Below are positions 38,867 through 52,600 of a DNA stretch of 64,000 nucleotides, piece after piece. The stretch's first letter is position 1. Each line of letters starts with the position of its first letter. The notes beneath the pieces were generated by a model. That model was not told the origin of the DNA and did no database searches. It saw nothing but the letters and a program-made list of their open reading frames with translations. A program made the position numbers and the translations under genes. The DNA comes from Antedon mediterranea (lineage: Eukaryota > Animalia > Echinodermata): positions 13,826,001-13,890,000 of the forward strand of contig NC_092672.1 of assembly GCF_964355755.1 (NCBI RefSeq). Direction: 5' to 3'.

Positions 38867-40706
38867 TTAAATATCTCTAAACGTGAGATTTATTCTTGGT
38901 AGCTTGATGGATTGATTTTTAGGCAGTGAATGGTACCAGTACTCATTAGTGGGATAATTCATCATTAATAATGTACCGTGTTTAAGATCAACAGTTACTG
39001 GCTCAATGATTCTTTTGGGACTCTTACCTCGCGCATCACCATGTCGAAATCTAAACATACGTGTTTGCCCCAATGATACAGAGGCGATTGAACTAAAGTG
39101 ATCCATGTCTTTCTCATCATCTTTGTGTTCGCCAATGTAATCACTTCCAGTAGCATATCTATAGAGTAACGACAAAATACAATAGAAAATAAGATATTTT
39201 AAGATGAGACTAAAAAAAACCCCAATTATCCATTAAAACAATCTTATCTAACAAATTGCAGAAATCATCCAGTATGAATACTGATAATGTTCAATCGTTT
39301 TAGAGGTAAACTATAGACCCTTTTAATCAATAAAAATAAATAAATAAATAAATAAATAAAATAATAAACAAGAATATTTACCGGTTGACCAAAACAAAAT
39401 TGAAGTAATGTCCTGTAACCGATTTTAAAAGGTCGCGGAGATCTTTCAGGAATGGTGGCCACGGTAAAGCTGGTACTGTATTGCCTGAATATTTGTAAGT
39501 TAAGCCTGAATTGCCAAACGAAACCTGCAGAGAGGAAACCATACAAAGAAAGTCATTTATTATTTGGCGAGATGTAAATGAACACGCCTAAATAAAATAA
39601 TTTACAGTAAAAGAGTAAATTACACCTATAGCTACACAGCGGTAAATAAAGAAAAACAAAGGAAACGATATACAAGTAATTAACAAGTCATTAATACAAA
39701 ACCACGGATAAAAACATAATGGAACTAACCTGTTTTCTAGGAATATTAAACCACTTTCCATACACTTTCACCTTTGCAAAATCACCGGTAAAATAGTCAA
39801 TCTCTTCCTCACATTTTTTAAACAATGTATCGGCTGCTCCTTTATCAAGAAGTTGAAGGTAATCACAGTCTAAATTTTCCCCTATTATCTTTTGCACCGA
39901 TAACTTATCAGGAGGTAGCAAATGATGTTCTGAATTGAATAAACGTCCTCCATTAACGTTTTTGTCAACACCTCCTTCAACAGTAGCTGCATTATCATTA
40001 CCAACCTCCTCAATCATCTTTTGTATTTCACCGTGTTTTTCAATTAACTTGAACCACTGACTCTTTGGAAGGTTTACACCTTTTTTACCGGGTTTAAACT
40101 TTCCTCCTTCTTCAGACTGGTAATAGCGACGAATACACACAAATTGTTCTTCTTTCCAGTTACTACCACATGAATTATGTCCGAAAGGGGGATTCTTACT
40201 GCCTCCACCATGTTAATGTCTCTTTGTAAGTCTTCCAGTGACTGAATAATTAAATCAATATTGTTGAAAAGTTTTTGCCACAGCAGAACGGGTAAATTAA
40301 TACCTAGAGGTCCAGGTTTGAAGGCACCATATTCTTCCGTTTAGTAATACTCTCTGAGACAAACATAAACATCGTCACCCCATCGCTGGGCCACTACATG
40401 GCGTTTTTCAGACAAGAAAATCCGATTCTTTGAAGTTATGGAAATCTTTGGTACACCATCGGTCATTACGGCAAAATCTCGGGCGCTCATTCCTGAGGCT
40501 TTACTCAAACCTTTACACTCATCTGTTTGACCGTTAAAAGATTTTATAGAATCCATTATATTCGCTGATGTAGAAGCCATCGTTGGTAATTTTAAACTGC
40601 TACACTCGTCAGCTTGACCATTAGAACTCCCCATAACTCTTTTCATAGTCCTACGGGCTTTCTCACCAATTGCTAATTTCGGAGTAGGTAAACAGTTGAA
40701 ACTCAT
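38867..40706 (-). pseudogene. PC4-PC4-ALKBH2-like gene, palindrome mirror copy
   Basis: Reverse complement of 29336-31175 with the same lesions. Confidence 0.88.
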
Positions 40707-40865
40707 GTTTATAGACTGTAGAGAGTTACAGAGAGTGAAACGAACGATTACGCTTGAATCAGGATATATATGCAGCTCAGTAGAGAAGTAGCCCAGTACA
40801 GTAATTAAAAAGATAATGATTGTTATTTCCGGTCAATCGTTTCCGTGACACGTGCGAAACACAAT

Positions 40866-41420
40866 TTAAATATCCTCGCACAACAGCTTAAAAATAGCCT
40901 CTGAATTAATCAGGGTATTGACAAGAAAATAAACGAAATGTCTATACCGAGGCAATGAATATTCTCCGTGCATATTTAGTTCGTTGTAAACGGTATCGAC
41001 TGAAACATACTTCTTATCCAGAACCTCCCGATAAAAATAGTCAATCTGTTCCTCTAGAGACTTCATACAACAAAAATCATGATCTTTTTGACTGCTCCTG
41101 TCAAATTCACAACCATAACAAGCCGCTTTACTTAAAACCCAACACTTGGCTAACACTTGAGCAGCAAACAATTGTTTAACCAAACGCTCCATTTTCAACA
41201 TAAATTCTCTCTCCACCTCGTCCACGTACGTGAATATACAACTTGTAGGCCTGTTACTCCTCTCGACTCCTTCATCTATACCGGCGGGGATAACCTCTTC
41301 GGCCTCCGTGTAACGATCATCTATATCACTGCCTGGAACAACAACAGTCTCCTCATCATCGCTAATTATTATAACATTATCTGCACAACTCCCTTGCGAA
41401 AAATATATACTTCCAGACAT
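40866..41420 (-). CDS. 184-aa TIR ORF, palindrome mirror copy
   Basis: Identical translation in the ORF track. Confidence 0.7.
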   Translation of the reverse strand: MSGSIYFSQGSCADNVIIISDDEETVVVPGSDIDDRYTEAEEVIPAGIDEGVERSNRPTSCIFTYVDEVEREFMLKMERLVKQLFAAQVLAKCWVLSKAACYGCEFDRSSQKDHDFCCMKSLEEQIDYFYREVLDKKYVSVDTVYNELNMHGEYSLPRYRHFVYFLVNTLINSEAIFKLLCEDI

Positions 41421-41930
41421 AATGAAATACTGAAAAGAGATACTCTACGCAAAAATATGCAAAAACAACTGGAAAATAGTACAACAATAACCGCTTCACT
41501 TTGTTACACCGTCTTAAATCATAAATAACGTAATGACGTCACTCACCACGTACCAGAACATCGCGCCAAAAATTAATAAATAAGAGACAAAGAAACACCT
41601 GGCGGAAATTACATAATTATTACGAAACCAGGAAAAGAACGACCTTCATTAGAAACACCTGGCGGAAATTACATAACTAGTACGAAACCAGGAAAAGAAC
41701 GACCTTCATTAGAAACACCTGGCGGAAATTACATAACTATTACAATAACAGGAAAAAAACGACCTTCATTAGAAACACCTGGCGGAAATTACATAACTAT
41801 ACGTAATCAGGAAAAGAACGACCTTCATTAGAAACACCTGGCGGAAACGACCTTCATTAGAAACACCTGGCGGATATTACGTAATCAGGAAATACATCAA
41901 GGTCGGGTCTGAAGTACCTTATTTACTACT

Positions 41931-44900
41931 AACATGTGTTGACTCCAGTACGCGTTTGAGAATTGAGTTTAATAAACGGTGCAACCATGTTGACACCGAA
42001 AACATATAAATAACTTATTAGTCTACCTGGAGCAACGTGTTGACTCCGATTGAACATATGATTATAATTGGCGGTGCAACCTATGCTGTCACCGAAAGAA
42101 AACAAAAATGAAATAAGTAAAACGTTATACAGAAAAAATAAGTATCAAAGTTTGTTTAAGCTTGACGCTTAATACCCAGTCATGCTTAGGAAATATGCCA
42201 ACCAGCCAGCACCCATATTTACAACGCTGTATTTGACAAAGTTATGTGGTTCGACCATCGTCCAAAAATCAAAATGTCTTGGTGAGAGTGTCAAAGTTGG
42301 TGAAGGTCGGTAGCTCGACCAATTCTGAAAGAATGAGTGTTAAACTGTGTATGTTCCAGACTAGCATGGCGAGCTAATTGTTTATAGCATTAGTGTGTGT
42401 TCTGCGGCCTTGGAGACTACTGCTTCACTGGCTCTGAGGCATGCGAAGTAACATATTATGAACAAGGCTCTGTATAGAATGAATTCGTATTTGGATTTCA
42501 TGCTACCTCGCATATGTCCAATTAGCGTTACAAGAATGTCGGAGGTGACCGGCGGTCTGATTGGTTTGGATGGAGAGTTTGTTTTTTGTTTCGCTACTCC
42601 TCTGCATAAATTGCCGACTGCTGGATTTGCGGTAAGGTCTTCCAGAAATGATACCCTGTGCACGAATGACACTGGGCTAAGGTAGTTTCGAATCGTGGAA
42701 ATCGCCAGTGCATTTTTAGTCAGCTTACTTACATAGAGAACAATTGTCTGTGGAGTCACTGGTAGCGGAAGGCTTAGTGATTTCCTGAATTGGTTAAAAT
42801 GGTGCCATTTGCTTAAAATGGACCTGAAATGGAATTTCGATTTTCAAGAAATTCACACATGTTATTTAAATGTATCAAATTAACACAAACCCATACAAAT
42901 AAAAACAAAATGTATAGTATTTTGAGTAAACGAAATTTTAAGATACCATGGTAAATTAGCGAAAATTACTCACGCCATTGCAATATTCTATTTCAACGGC
43001 CGTCGGAAGCCTCTATATTCACGACGTCACATATACACACAATGATATCGAGAGAGCGTGTATGCCGCCCGATAGTCAGTGAATGATCGACGGCCTGGAA
43101 AGATTTATTCAATATCTAATGTTGTTGAAATATAGGTCCCTAAAATGTACTTCGTTTGTTCTAAAACCCGAATTTAGAAGGCCTACCTCCCAAACCTTTA
43201 CTAGGCCTAGGCCCCCAATCCAGTGAGCGGAGTCGATCCACCACCCACATCATGCGGCGAGGCTCCGTTTCATGTGCATCCAAGGACCAAAGCGATATCA
43301 ACAACTTGCTGCGCTCATTGTCAAGCCAAAGTAAAATATGAATAAAATTCGTTTTCGAACTGCCTGATTCGTGACAAATAAATAATCATCTCATATTAGT
43401 TATTACTAATTTAATTCTGCTAAACTAAAAACTAAAGAAACTAACATATTTTAGCAGTATAAATTACGAATGATACAAAATACACGAACGGAAAATATGG
43501 ATACGCATCATTGCGCACGGAGCTGTATCCCGGACAACGTTGCCAGGCCAACTTCGGTATTGCCAGAAAAAAAACCGTTGATTTTAAGATTTTAAATCGT
43601 CATTTACTCGATGAATAACCGTTTATACGGTAATAATTTTATCTAAAAAAATTCTAAATACGTTTCTGCAAATACACAAGCATTTTTTAGAAAATAATCC
43701 ATAGATTTCAAGAATTATAGCCAAAAAACTGCAAATTGTCCATTGGAGGGATAGGAATATATTCGCAAAGTGACGTCACCCGCGAATTTTTTTGATTTTC
43801 AAATGGGGCTTTCCCCAAAAGGGCCAATTTATATTTTGTAACAATATACATTCTAGCAACACCTAATAGCCCCCAAAACATCATTCTAAAATGAAAAAAA
43901 TCGAAAATCCATTTCAGGTCCATTTTAATGAGTTCCACATTAGCTCTCGTGTGAGGATCTTGAGTTGTTTAGTGGTTCGAAGTAGATTGGTTGTAAGTGC
44001 TTTGGTATCTTTAGCGGTGTGCGGTTCATACTGTGCTCCTCTAGCATGGCCTCCGTTTCCTGAAAACGAGAAAGAGCGTCACATATCCTGTTTTGCTTAC
44101 CAGGGATGTGCCTGGCTGTAAACTGAATGTTGTTTAGTAGTAACAAAAGGACGATAGCGCGAACCACTCTCATGACCTTTTCGTTTGATGACAATTTTTT
44201 TGTTAAGCACATATACATCAGCTAGGTTATCACAGTGGAAAACTACATGGGTGTTGGCTAGCTGTTTTGCAAAAATCGAAAGCATGACATAGATGGGGTA
44301 AATTTCGAGAACTATGATGTCGAACATTTTCCAAGATTCCGGCCAGCGGCCTTGAATCCAGAACTTTTGGAAGGTCGCACCAAGTGCGGTTTTTGAGGCA
44401 TCAGAGGAGAAATGTAAACGCTGCGAGTCAAATTTTTGTGGGGGTGAAAAATAGTAACGCCATTGTGTTTGCTAAGAAAGTCGGCCCAAATTTGGAGATC
44501 TTCCTTTGCTGAGTCAGAAAGGTGAATAGTTGAAAAGGGGTTAGTTAGACCGGCCGTTAGGGCATTAAGCCTTCTTAGGAACGCCAGTCCAGAGGGTATA
44601 TCCCAGGTGGCAAATTGTAGCTTTTCAAAGAGATTGGGGGGCTCTCAATTTAGTTGAGTGAAGTTTTGAACTTTAAAGGGAGTAACGTAATTTTATTATC
44701 TCAGATGGAAGCCTGTCTTACATTTTCTGTAAGTCAAGTTCAATACCCAGGAAGGAAATGGTGGTGGTGGGTGAAATTGTTTTGTGCGGTGCTAGAGGTA
44801 TGCCACCGCGGTCAGCAAGCGCCTTGGATATCTTCAAGGAGTTCGCACACAGTTGGTGTGTGTCTTCAATGACGAGGATGTCGTCTAATATTTTCACGTT

Positions 44901-45076
44901 ATTGGGCTGTTTTAACTTTTTTATAAGGAAAAATTTTACTCCGTCAGAAAACTTATTGAATATTTGACACGAAGATCCGCCGCCTTGGGGAAGCGTTTTA
45001 TCGTAGTAATACTGGCCTAACCACGTGAAACCTGTGAGGTGATATTGAGTGGGATGTAAATGTATTAGTCTGTATG
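41931..45076 (-). mobile_element. Mirror copy of the DIRS/Ngaro copy 2 left part
   Basis: Reverse complement of 24939-28111. Confidence 0.9.
42817..43924. mobile_element. Mirror copy of the Kolobok-like MITE, 27 bp shorter
   Basis: Reverse complement of 26091-27225, lacking 26911-26937. Confidence 0.85.
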
Positions 45077-47248
45077 GGTTACTGGTATCCTATTAATTAA
45101 ATATGACAAGTTGTACAGGTAGTTTCAGTTTTTATTTTCTATTGTTTTTGTATATTTTTTTTTTAAAGTAATTGTGTTGCTTAAATCATGGAGGTATAAA
45201 CATATTTTGATATGCTTAAATGTTGTATGTGTGCCACTGTTAAATATGTGTTGCTCAAAATAAATATTATTATATTATTATTACAAGGTACAGTATTCAT
45301 TTCTGAAAATTATATACATAAAAGATGATTTGATCATACAGGAAATTGTTTGAAGATAGAATTTAAAGTTTAGATTTAACTTGTTTTAAAGATTTAATGT
45401 GGCTATACTTTGATATATTATAAACGAATTTAACAAAACTCTTTGAAATTTATAATTCTATTGAGCCTATATGCATGGTACGGTCACTGTTACTCTTTAT
45501 TCATTGATTTAAAATTCAGGTTAGACTTTTAATTAGAAAGAAATAAACACACCAGGGTTAAAAGGGTTAAATAATCCATAATTAAGCGATATATCTACAC
45601 TGTGAGACACAAAATGCTTTCATAAAATTACACATTTATACCTTTGCTTAATAATAATATTTTATAATAATTCATTTTAACGGCACTACGCCTACATGAT
45701 GATCATGGGTAGCTAATGGCATGGGGCTCCGACCCTGTATGCCACTTTTGGAAGTGTTTATATTGATGTTGCAAACAATTTCATTATCAAAATTTATATG
45801 TAGAAGACAAAACTGATTAATTAGTGTGCATGATGCATATAAGAAGTAATTACTGAAAACTATCATTGTAGTACATTTTTTATAGTATTAGTAGTACTTT
45901 ATAGTATAAAGGGTGTATAAAGTTGTGCCTTTTCAAGCATGATTTGAGTGATAGTTGTTTTTGGGGTTGGCAATTATTGCGACAAAATTGTAATGTCCTT
46001 GACGTTATTAATGCCTAATTTCCGTGACAGAGATAAACCCTTATATCAATAACATATCATTGGGTTTTTTTTTTGATCTAATGTGATATAAAGGGATAAT
46101 CGCAGAAACAGCACAGAACTCCGAATTCCTAAAAATGCTCTAAACATTAGTCCCAATCATAGTCGAGCTGACGTGGGTTTGGACTTCCAAATATACACAA
46201 CCTTAAATTACCACTAAATTTCAAAAACGTTGCGCCGGTTCTGAATATTATATCTAATCTGAATGATATAGGCCTAAATGAATAATACTGATACTTGCAG
46301 AAACCGCAAAGAACGTTCAATGTATTGCATTCAAAAGACATGTCGCATTCGTGTAATATCTTATATCAATGACACGAACATATTAGGTTGTCAAAAGACA
46401 AAAAAAACTTGGAATTACTACTTAAAGCCACAAAACTGTTTGATCTTAACATTAACATACTCCCAGATCGGTAAAATTATTCCATCGACTACCTAAGTTT
46501 AAGGTTCAATATTAACCACCATTTGAGTTGTTTTTTTTTAGATACATTCCTAATTGTTTATATCTACCAAGCTATCTTCATTGTTTTCAGCTTGTGCCTT
46601 GATCCTTTGTTTTTATTTCTTTATTCCAGTTCACTCAGGCAGTGCTTGTTTGCTTCATATTCTCAATTTTATTCTTTCACTTATAAAGGACTAGTGGATT
46701 TATATTTAAATGTTTTTTTAATTTTCTGTTTTTTAACTCACATAATGTCTAAAAGATCGCAATAATAATGAAGCTTTTGAAATGGATGTAAAATATTCAT
46801 ATTCTCAATTTTGTAAAAGCACTTCCACTGATATAGGGCTAGTGTTGCCCATAATAATAATAATAATAATAATAATTTATTTGGAGATTACACTTTTACA
46901 ACAGTGGCACTCGACCAAATGGAAGGTGCATCCATATATTATCCTAATTAAATACGATTTAATGTGGCTTTACTTTTATATATTATAATAATATTTTATA
47001 ATTATTCATTTTAACGGCACTTTGATAAAACAATGTTATATATCATACTATTGCACCTTTATTCATGGGGTGACCTACTATAACCTTACACTATTATGGA
47101 AAAAAAGAAAAAAAAACAAATAAGAATTGTGAAAGTTAACCCAATGTACCACAGGTGTGACTTGGCTACACAATTGAAAAATTCATTATATAATAATATC
47201 ATGTGGATGCAAAAACAAAATTGTATTATTAAATGTGCATATCATTTA

Positions 47249-48448
47249 CTAGCAATTATACCCGCCCCAGGGCGGGTTTCAAAATTAGTTTACAGCCTTC
47301 TCAGTACATAACACCCGACGCCAGTATCTGTCTATACTCGCCAACCTCCACCCCTCTTCAATAACACCCCATACTCTTTCTTAAAAACAAATTCTTCCCA
47401 GTGATGGACAAATTCAATTCAACCTAAGCTTCGAATTGATAGGAGTATGCATAGCTACGATGGGTCTAATAATGGTTGAAGTACGTTGTAAATTGTGTAA
47501 ATGAATAGGTGTCATATTGGCTGATAATTAAAATATGTAATTTAGATACTGCGGTCCCCCAGCCTTCTTTCTCCTTTCACCACCCCAGCCACCATCAACA
47601 AACCTTAACTCCTCCCCTGGACAGTTCAAATTTAGTAACTTTTCCTAGTACAATCCAATCATATAGGCTACTTCATTACGCTAGTATTTTCGCTCACCCC
47701 AGATACACTGGGTGATGTGTTGAAGCCGGTTCCAGTACAAATTGTGTTATTATCACTCCCAACCCATAATCCCTCAGTGGCAGTTTTCAAATGTAGTTTA
47801 AAACATTCCAAATACAGTTTCAGTCATGGTCATAGGCCTACATCCCCACCCCATGGATGTCTGTAATGAGACAATCCAAGAGACCGATACACAGCTGGAT
47901 ATGGTTAAAGTACTTTGCTAAATGTGTAAATGAATAGGTGTCATATTGGTTAATGAATAAAATATGTAAATCTATATACGCCTTGCTGAGGATAATTAAA
48001 ATACTGTCAAACTTTTGTAGTATATTTTTACAATTCGATAGCCTACAACCCCGAGCCCTAGCAAAAAATGACATCACAAACCACCACTCCACCCCCCGCC
48101 CCCACCCCTCCCACAAAAACCCCAGGAGTCGGGGGAATTTTTTTAAATGTAGTTTAAAACCTTCCGGGTACAATTGCCATCATTTTGATACCCCATACGT
48201 ATGGTTACGTGCAGACACAGAAATTTTTATAACGAACAAACATCGAAAGTGGGGGTTTTGACCACATTTTGGTCCCTAACTTGGATCCTAGGTGGCGGAT
48301 GATGTTGAAATATAGCTTAGAACATTCCCGGTACAATTGCGGTCATTTTGATACCCCATATGTAAGATTACGTGCAGTAACAAAATTTTGTATAACCAAC
48401 AAACAGACAAACAAACAAACAGACAAACTCTCTCACTTATAATATAGA
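47249..48448 (-). mobile_element. Mirror copy of the non-autonomous Helitron
   Basis: Reverse complement of 21567-22766. Confidence 0.88.
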
Positions 48449-49698
48449 TTTGTCCAATATAATTTTATATATTAGTTTAATTTATTTTTCTAACGCCTAG
48501 TTTGACAGGCCAACTTTGAAATTGAAATAATCTTTTCGTTCGACACAATATTTCAGAGATACGTGAACATTTGATGATGGTCTATCCGATATGACTTTGT
48601 TTTTTTGTACATAAAAAGTGGACAATTTTGGTTTAGATCAATGAATGCTTAAAATTGTTTTTTTTTTGTGCTATATTTTTCAAGTTGATATCTGGAATAC
48701 TATCAACGCTTTTATCTTATAATACGCGATATATTCATATTTTTTTACAAGAAAATAAAGTATTGATCACTAGCTTGTTTTTATGTATTTAATAACTATT
48801 CTAAGTTCATTTTAAATAGGCGTATGTTTATATTTTAATGATTCATGGTAAACAATTATAAACAGCTTCAATATTACACAGTAGGTTATTCAAAAGAGAC
48901 GCACAATTTATACGGACGTGTTTTTAACGACAAAATTGACCAATCAAAATGGAAATAGTCAAAATACAATAATTTTATGTTCATTGGCTACCCCACCAAC
49001 AACCTAAACTTCAAATAATAAAAGATCCCTGTAATACTGTATTTAAAAAAAAGCATATTTGCAACCGAAATTTCTTATTTTATAAATATAATATAAATTT
49101 ACAATTATACAAAACAATATACAACTGCTTATAAAAAAGGAATTTAATTCAAGAATTTTAATTTAGTTAAAATATCAGGATTTCTTACTTCAATTTGATG
49201 TTTCCTTTAGAGGCGCTAAACTTTTGAATATATGATTTATTTATTTTTTGGTCATATGTTTTTTATATCATGTTATTATGTTATGTGCAAATAAAGTATT
49301 TACATAGTTGATATATATATATATATATATTATGCAGTGTAGCATAGGTGAAATTACGGGAGCCCAATATGAATTAGTTTGAAATGGTAAAAATTATTTT
49401 ACTACAGTATAAGTAGATTAAAATATATAAGTTAATCTATGAAAATGATTATATATTACTGGCAGATTTTATCGATCTCTATCGTGCAAATAATACTCGT
49501 TATCGATATGAAATACGATTTGCACTTGAGTTTTTCTTCCTGCTGATCTGTAGCTTTAGTATAAACAATGTGAACAATGCCCAAACAGGGAGTTGACTAA
49601 TAACTCCCTGGCCCAAATAAAAGATCGTAACAGTGTGAAAGTGCGTCACTCGTCGCCCAACATTGTTTGTGATCACTTCGTTATCGCATTTGATAAAA

Positions 49699-52600
49699 AT
49701 GGACTGGAGGTTTTGTGTAGAGGAAGACAACATTGCTTATCTAATAATTAATAACACTAGGGCAATAAAGCATTCTGATGGTGAACAGTTAGGCAAGGTT
49801 ATAAAATTTACCAAAACAACTAAAGGCAAAAACTGGCTTAAGGTAAGATTGTTGTGTTCTTCTAAATAATATAATTTTCTTTTAATGTTTTTAGGGAACC
49901 ATTCTTCACCAGTCTTATTACTTTATAAAGATGTTTTATTTTCCATTTTGCAGTTTTAAAAAGTGTTTCAAGCCACGCAATTATTAGTTTTATTAGTATT
50001 TTCCCAGGGGCACAATCTTCAGCTGTTTAATAGGCCTATTATATTTGGATTTTATAGGCTTTCTGATTATAATATATATTATGATTTATTCGATTATTTA
50101 TTTCATCTAATTAATTGAAATGTTGTTTCAGGCCTAAAACTAAATTGTAATATATCTTTACTATAGGACCATTGATACTAATTTTGTTGACCATTTTTTT
50201 AACATTAAAGTTTTATATATGATTTAAAAAATGCATTTTCATCAAGAGCACCAACACTGAATATTAGGGTGTAGTGTGTAGACTTAACAACTATATAAAT
50301 TTCTATGTTTAGTTATTTATTTAATTAAAAACAATTTTGCAATACTATAGATTGTTACAGAAGAAAGCGACTGTAGTAGTACGCTTGCTGCAACCAAAGT
50401 ATTGTGGAGCAAATTCAAACCGGACGAAAATTGCCCATTTTGCAAATGCAAGACAATTGACGACCTTACCAAAACATTGCAAACATTACGAAAGCGAAAA
50501 GCTCAAGATGCTGAAAACGTAACTACAAAGAGAACAAGAATTAACATAAAGACAATCGACGAAACAATCAAAGAAAAGATCATTGGTTAGTATATGAAAC
50601 ATTTGTTATTGAAGTTACATACTGTACCATGCCCCATGGACAAGCATAATTATTATCTGCTTTTGTTTTACTGTAGTTTACAATTAAACAAACGTTACTG
50701 TTTTATATTTTTTCAAATGTTTTGTTGAATATGTCACATAATAGTTATTCACTTTGATCTTGGATAACAAAAACTGTAATTTTAAACATAACTCACAATA
50801 ACTATAGGCCTAACCATGATTAGATTTAATGTATCTACAATTCGTTACGTTAAATTAGTATAATCTGGCTAGATAAGTAATTATACGTACTAGGCCTATT
50901 AAAATATAAAGCGGATGAACACATTTTTCGAAGATGAACGAACTAAAGATATTTTGAACACAGGTTTTAACTTCTTATAGTTACTCTATTTTCTATTTGT
51001 TTTATTGTTATTTAAGTTTCAAACAGTTATTATAAAACGCATAAATAGATTCCGGTCATTCGATTGGACAATTTTCTTTCACATGACTACTACTAGCCTT
51101 GCAAACCCAGACCTAGCCCGGATGCTAACATACACTAGGCCTAACCTTCCTAGATATTGTGCAAAATACCTATATAAATTCAAAATTAACTAAAATATAA
51201 AAAAATAACATGTGCAGGGTGATCTCCATGCACTCAAGCAGGCAGGGGGTGATGATGTCCTGACACTACCTAGGCCTAGACTAAACGGCCTATACTGTAT
51301 GGCAACGTTAAATTTTTAGGATATATATTGTTATTTAAAAAATAAAACTAATATTAAAATATAATGTCAATCATTTTTTGTAATTCATATAATTTAATAA
51401 TGTATCCTTTTTCTGAAAATGTCCAACTTTGTATGTAAAACAATTTTTTAAAATGTTTTTTACTGATGTCGCAACTTGCAATTACTGTGGAATTCCCCAT
51501 TTTAGTAAAAAATAAAATTGGTTTTTAAATATGAAAATCCTATCATAATAATAATACAATGACATATTTATATTAAGTTGTTTCATATTAGAATTGTGAA
51601 ATACAGGTAAATGATTTCACTAAATTGTAGTAGTAGGCTGACAATATTAGTCACCGACACCCAGATTAGCCAGGACATAAGATTACTACGATGCTTGATC
51701 TAAATCCTGGGGAGAATACTTCCTTGTTGTATAATCATAAGATGTAATATTTAACAAACTGTCATTTTACGTTTATAGGTCTAGTTGCTGTGCCAAGAAG
51801 TTCGATAGTAGCGCCGCCATCGGACTTACTACTTCGCAAGATCGACCAAGATTTTGTTAAAAAAATTCAAGAAACGCTTACAAAGGACGGTCTGGTGAAC
51901 ACGATACTACCTGTATTGCTTAATAAAGAACATTACGATTTCTTTAACAAACAAGAATACGAGAAGTGTATTTTTTATTCACTTGGCGGAAATCATTTAA
52001 GAACAGCACTATCAACAATGAGTGAGAATATATTTAAACAATTAGAAGTGGCAGTCTATTTTGATCTAACAAAAACTGAATCACTACTTGTGGCATCTCG
52101 ACATAATTTCGTCACAGGTAATACTCACCAAGCAACTTTTGAAGACAACGTTGCAGTATGCCGTAACATTTTGCAAGATTACAATGACAAAGATGCCAAA
52201 ACGACTTCGACATGGAGGAGAAAGTGTGCAGAGGCAATTGGCAAACAATCGTTCGAAAAAAAGGTATTATTAATATTATTTAAACAAGTTATTTAGGACT
52301 CTAATATATAAAGTTGTAATTAATAATGTAATGGTGATATAATTAATAATAATGTTGTAATTAATAATAATATATAATAAATAAGGATATTAACAATAAT
52401 AAAAAGATAATAACGATAATAATAAATAAGGATAGTAATAATAAATAATAACGTTGTATTGCAGATAATATCGTCCATGGAACCGATGTTCCAAGTATCA
52501 TTGTATACGGACCGATGCTACACAAAGGTTACCAAGCTGTTTGCCCAGTATTATGCAGGAACGGTAAAGGATTCCAAACCCGGAAAGCAATTGAAGCAGT

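Noticed and set aside
28112-41930. A self-contained 13.8-kb transposon with 6.9-kb TIRs
   Set aside because: Its flanks are inverted (CATGTT...AACATG), not a direct TSD. The real TSD partner is at 63017, so this is part of the larger palindrome.
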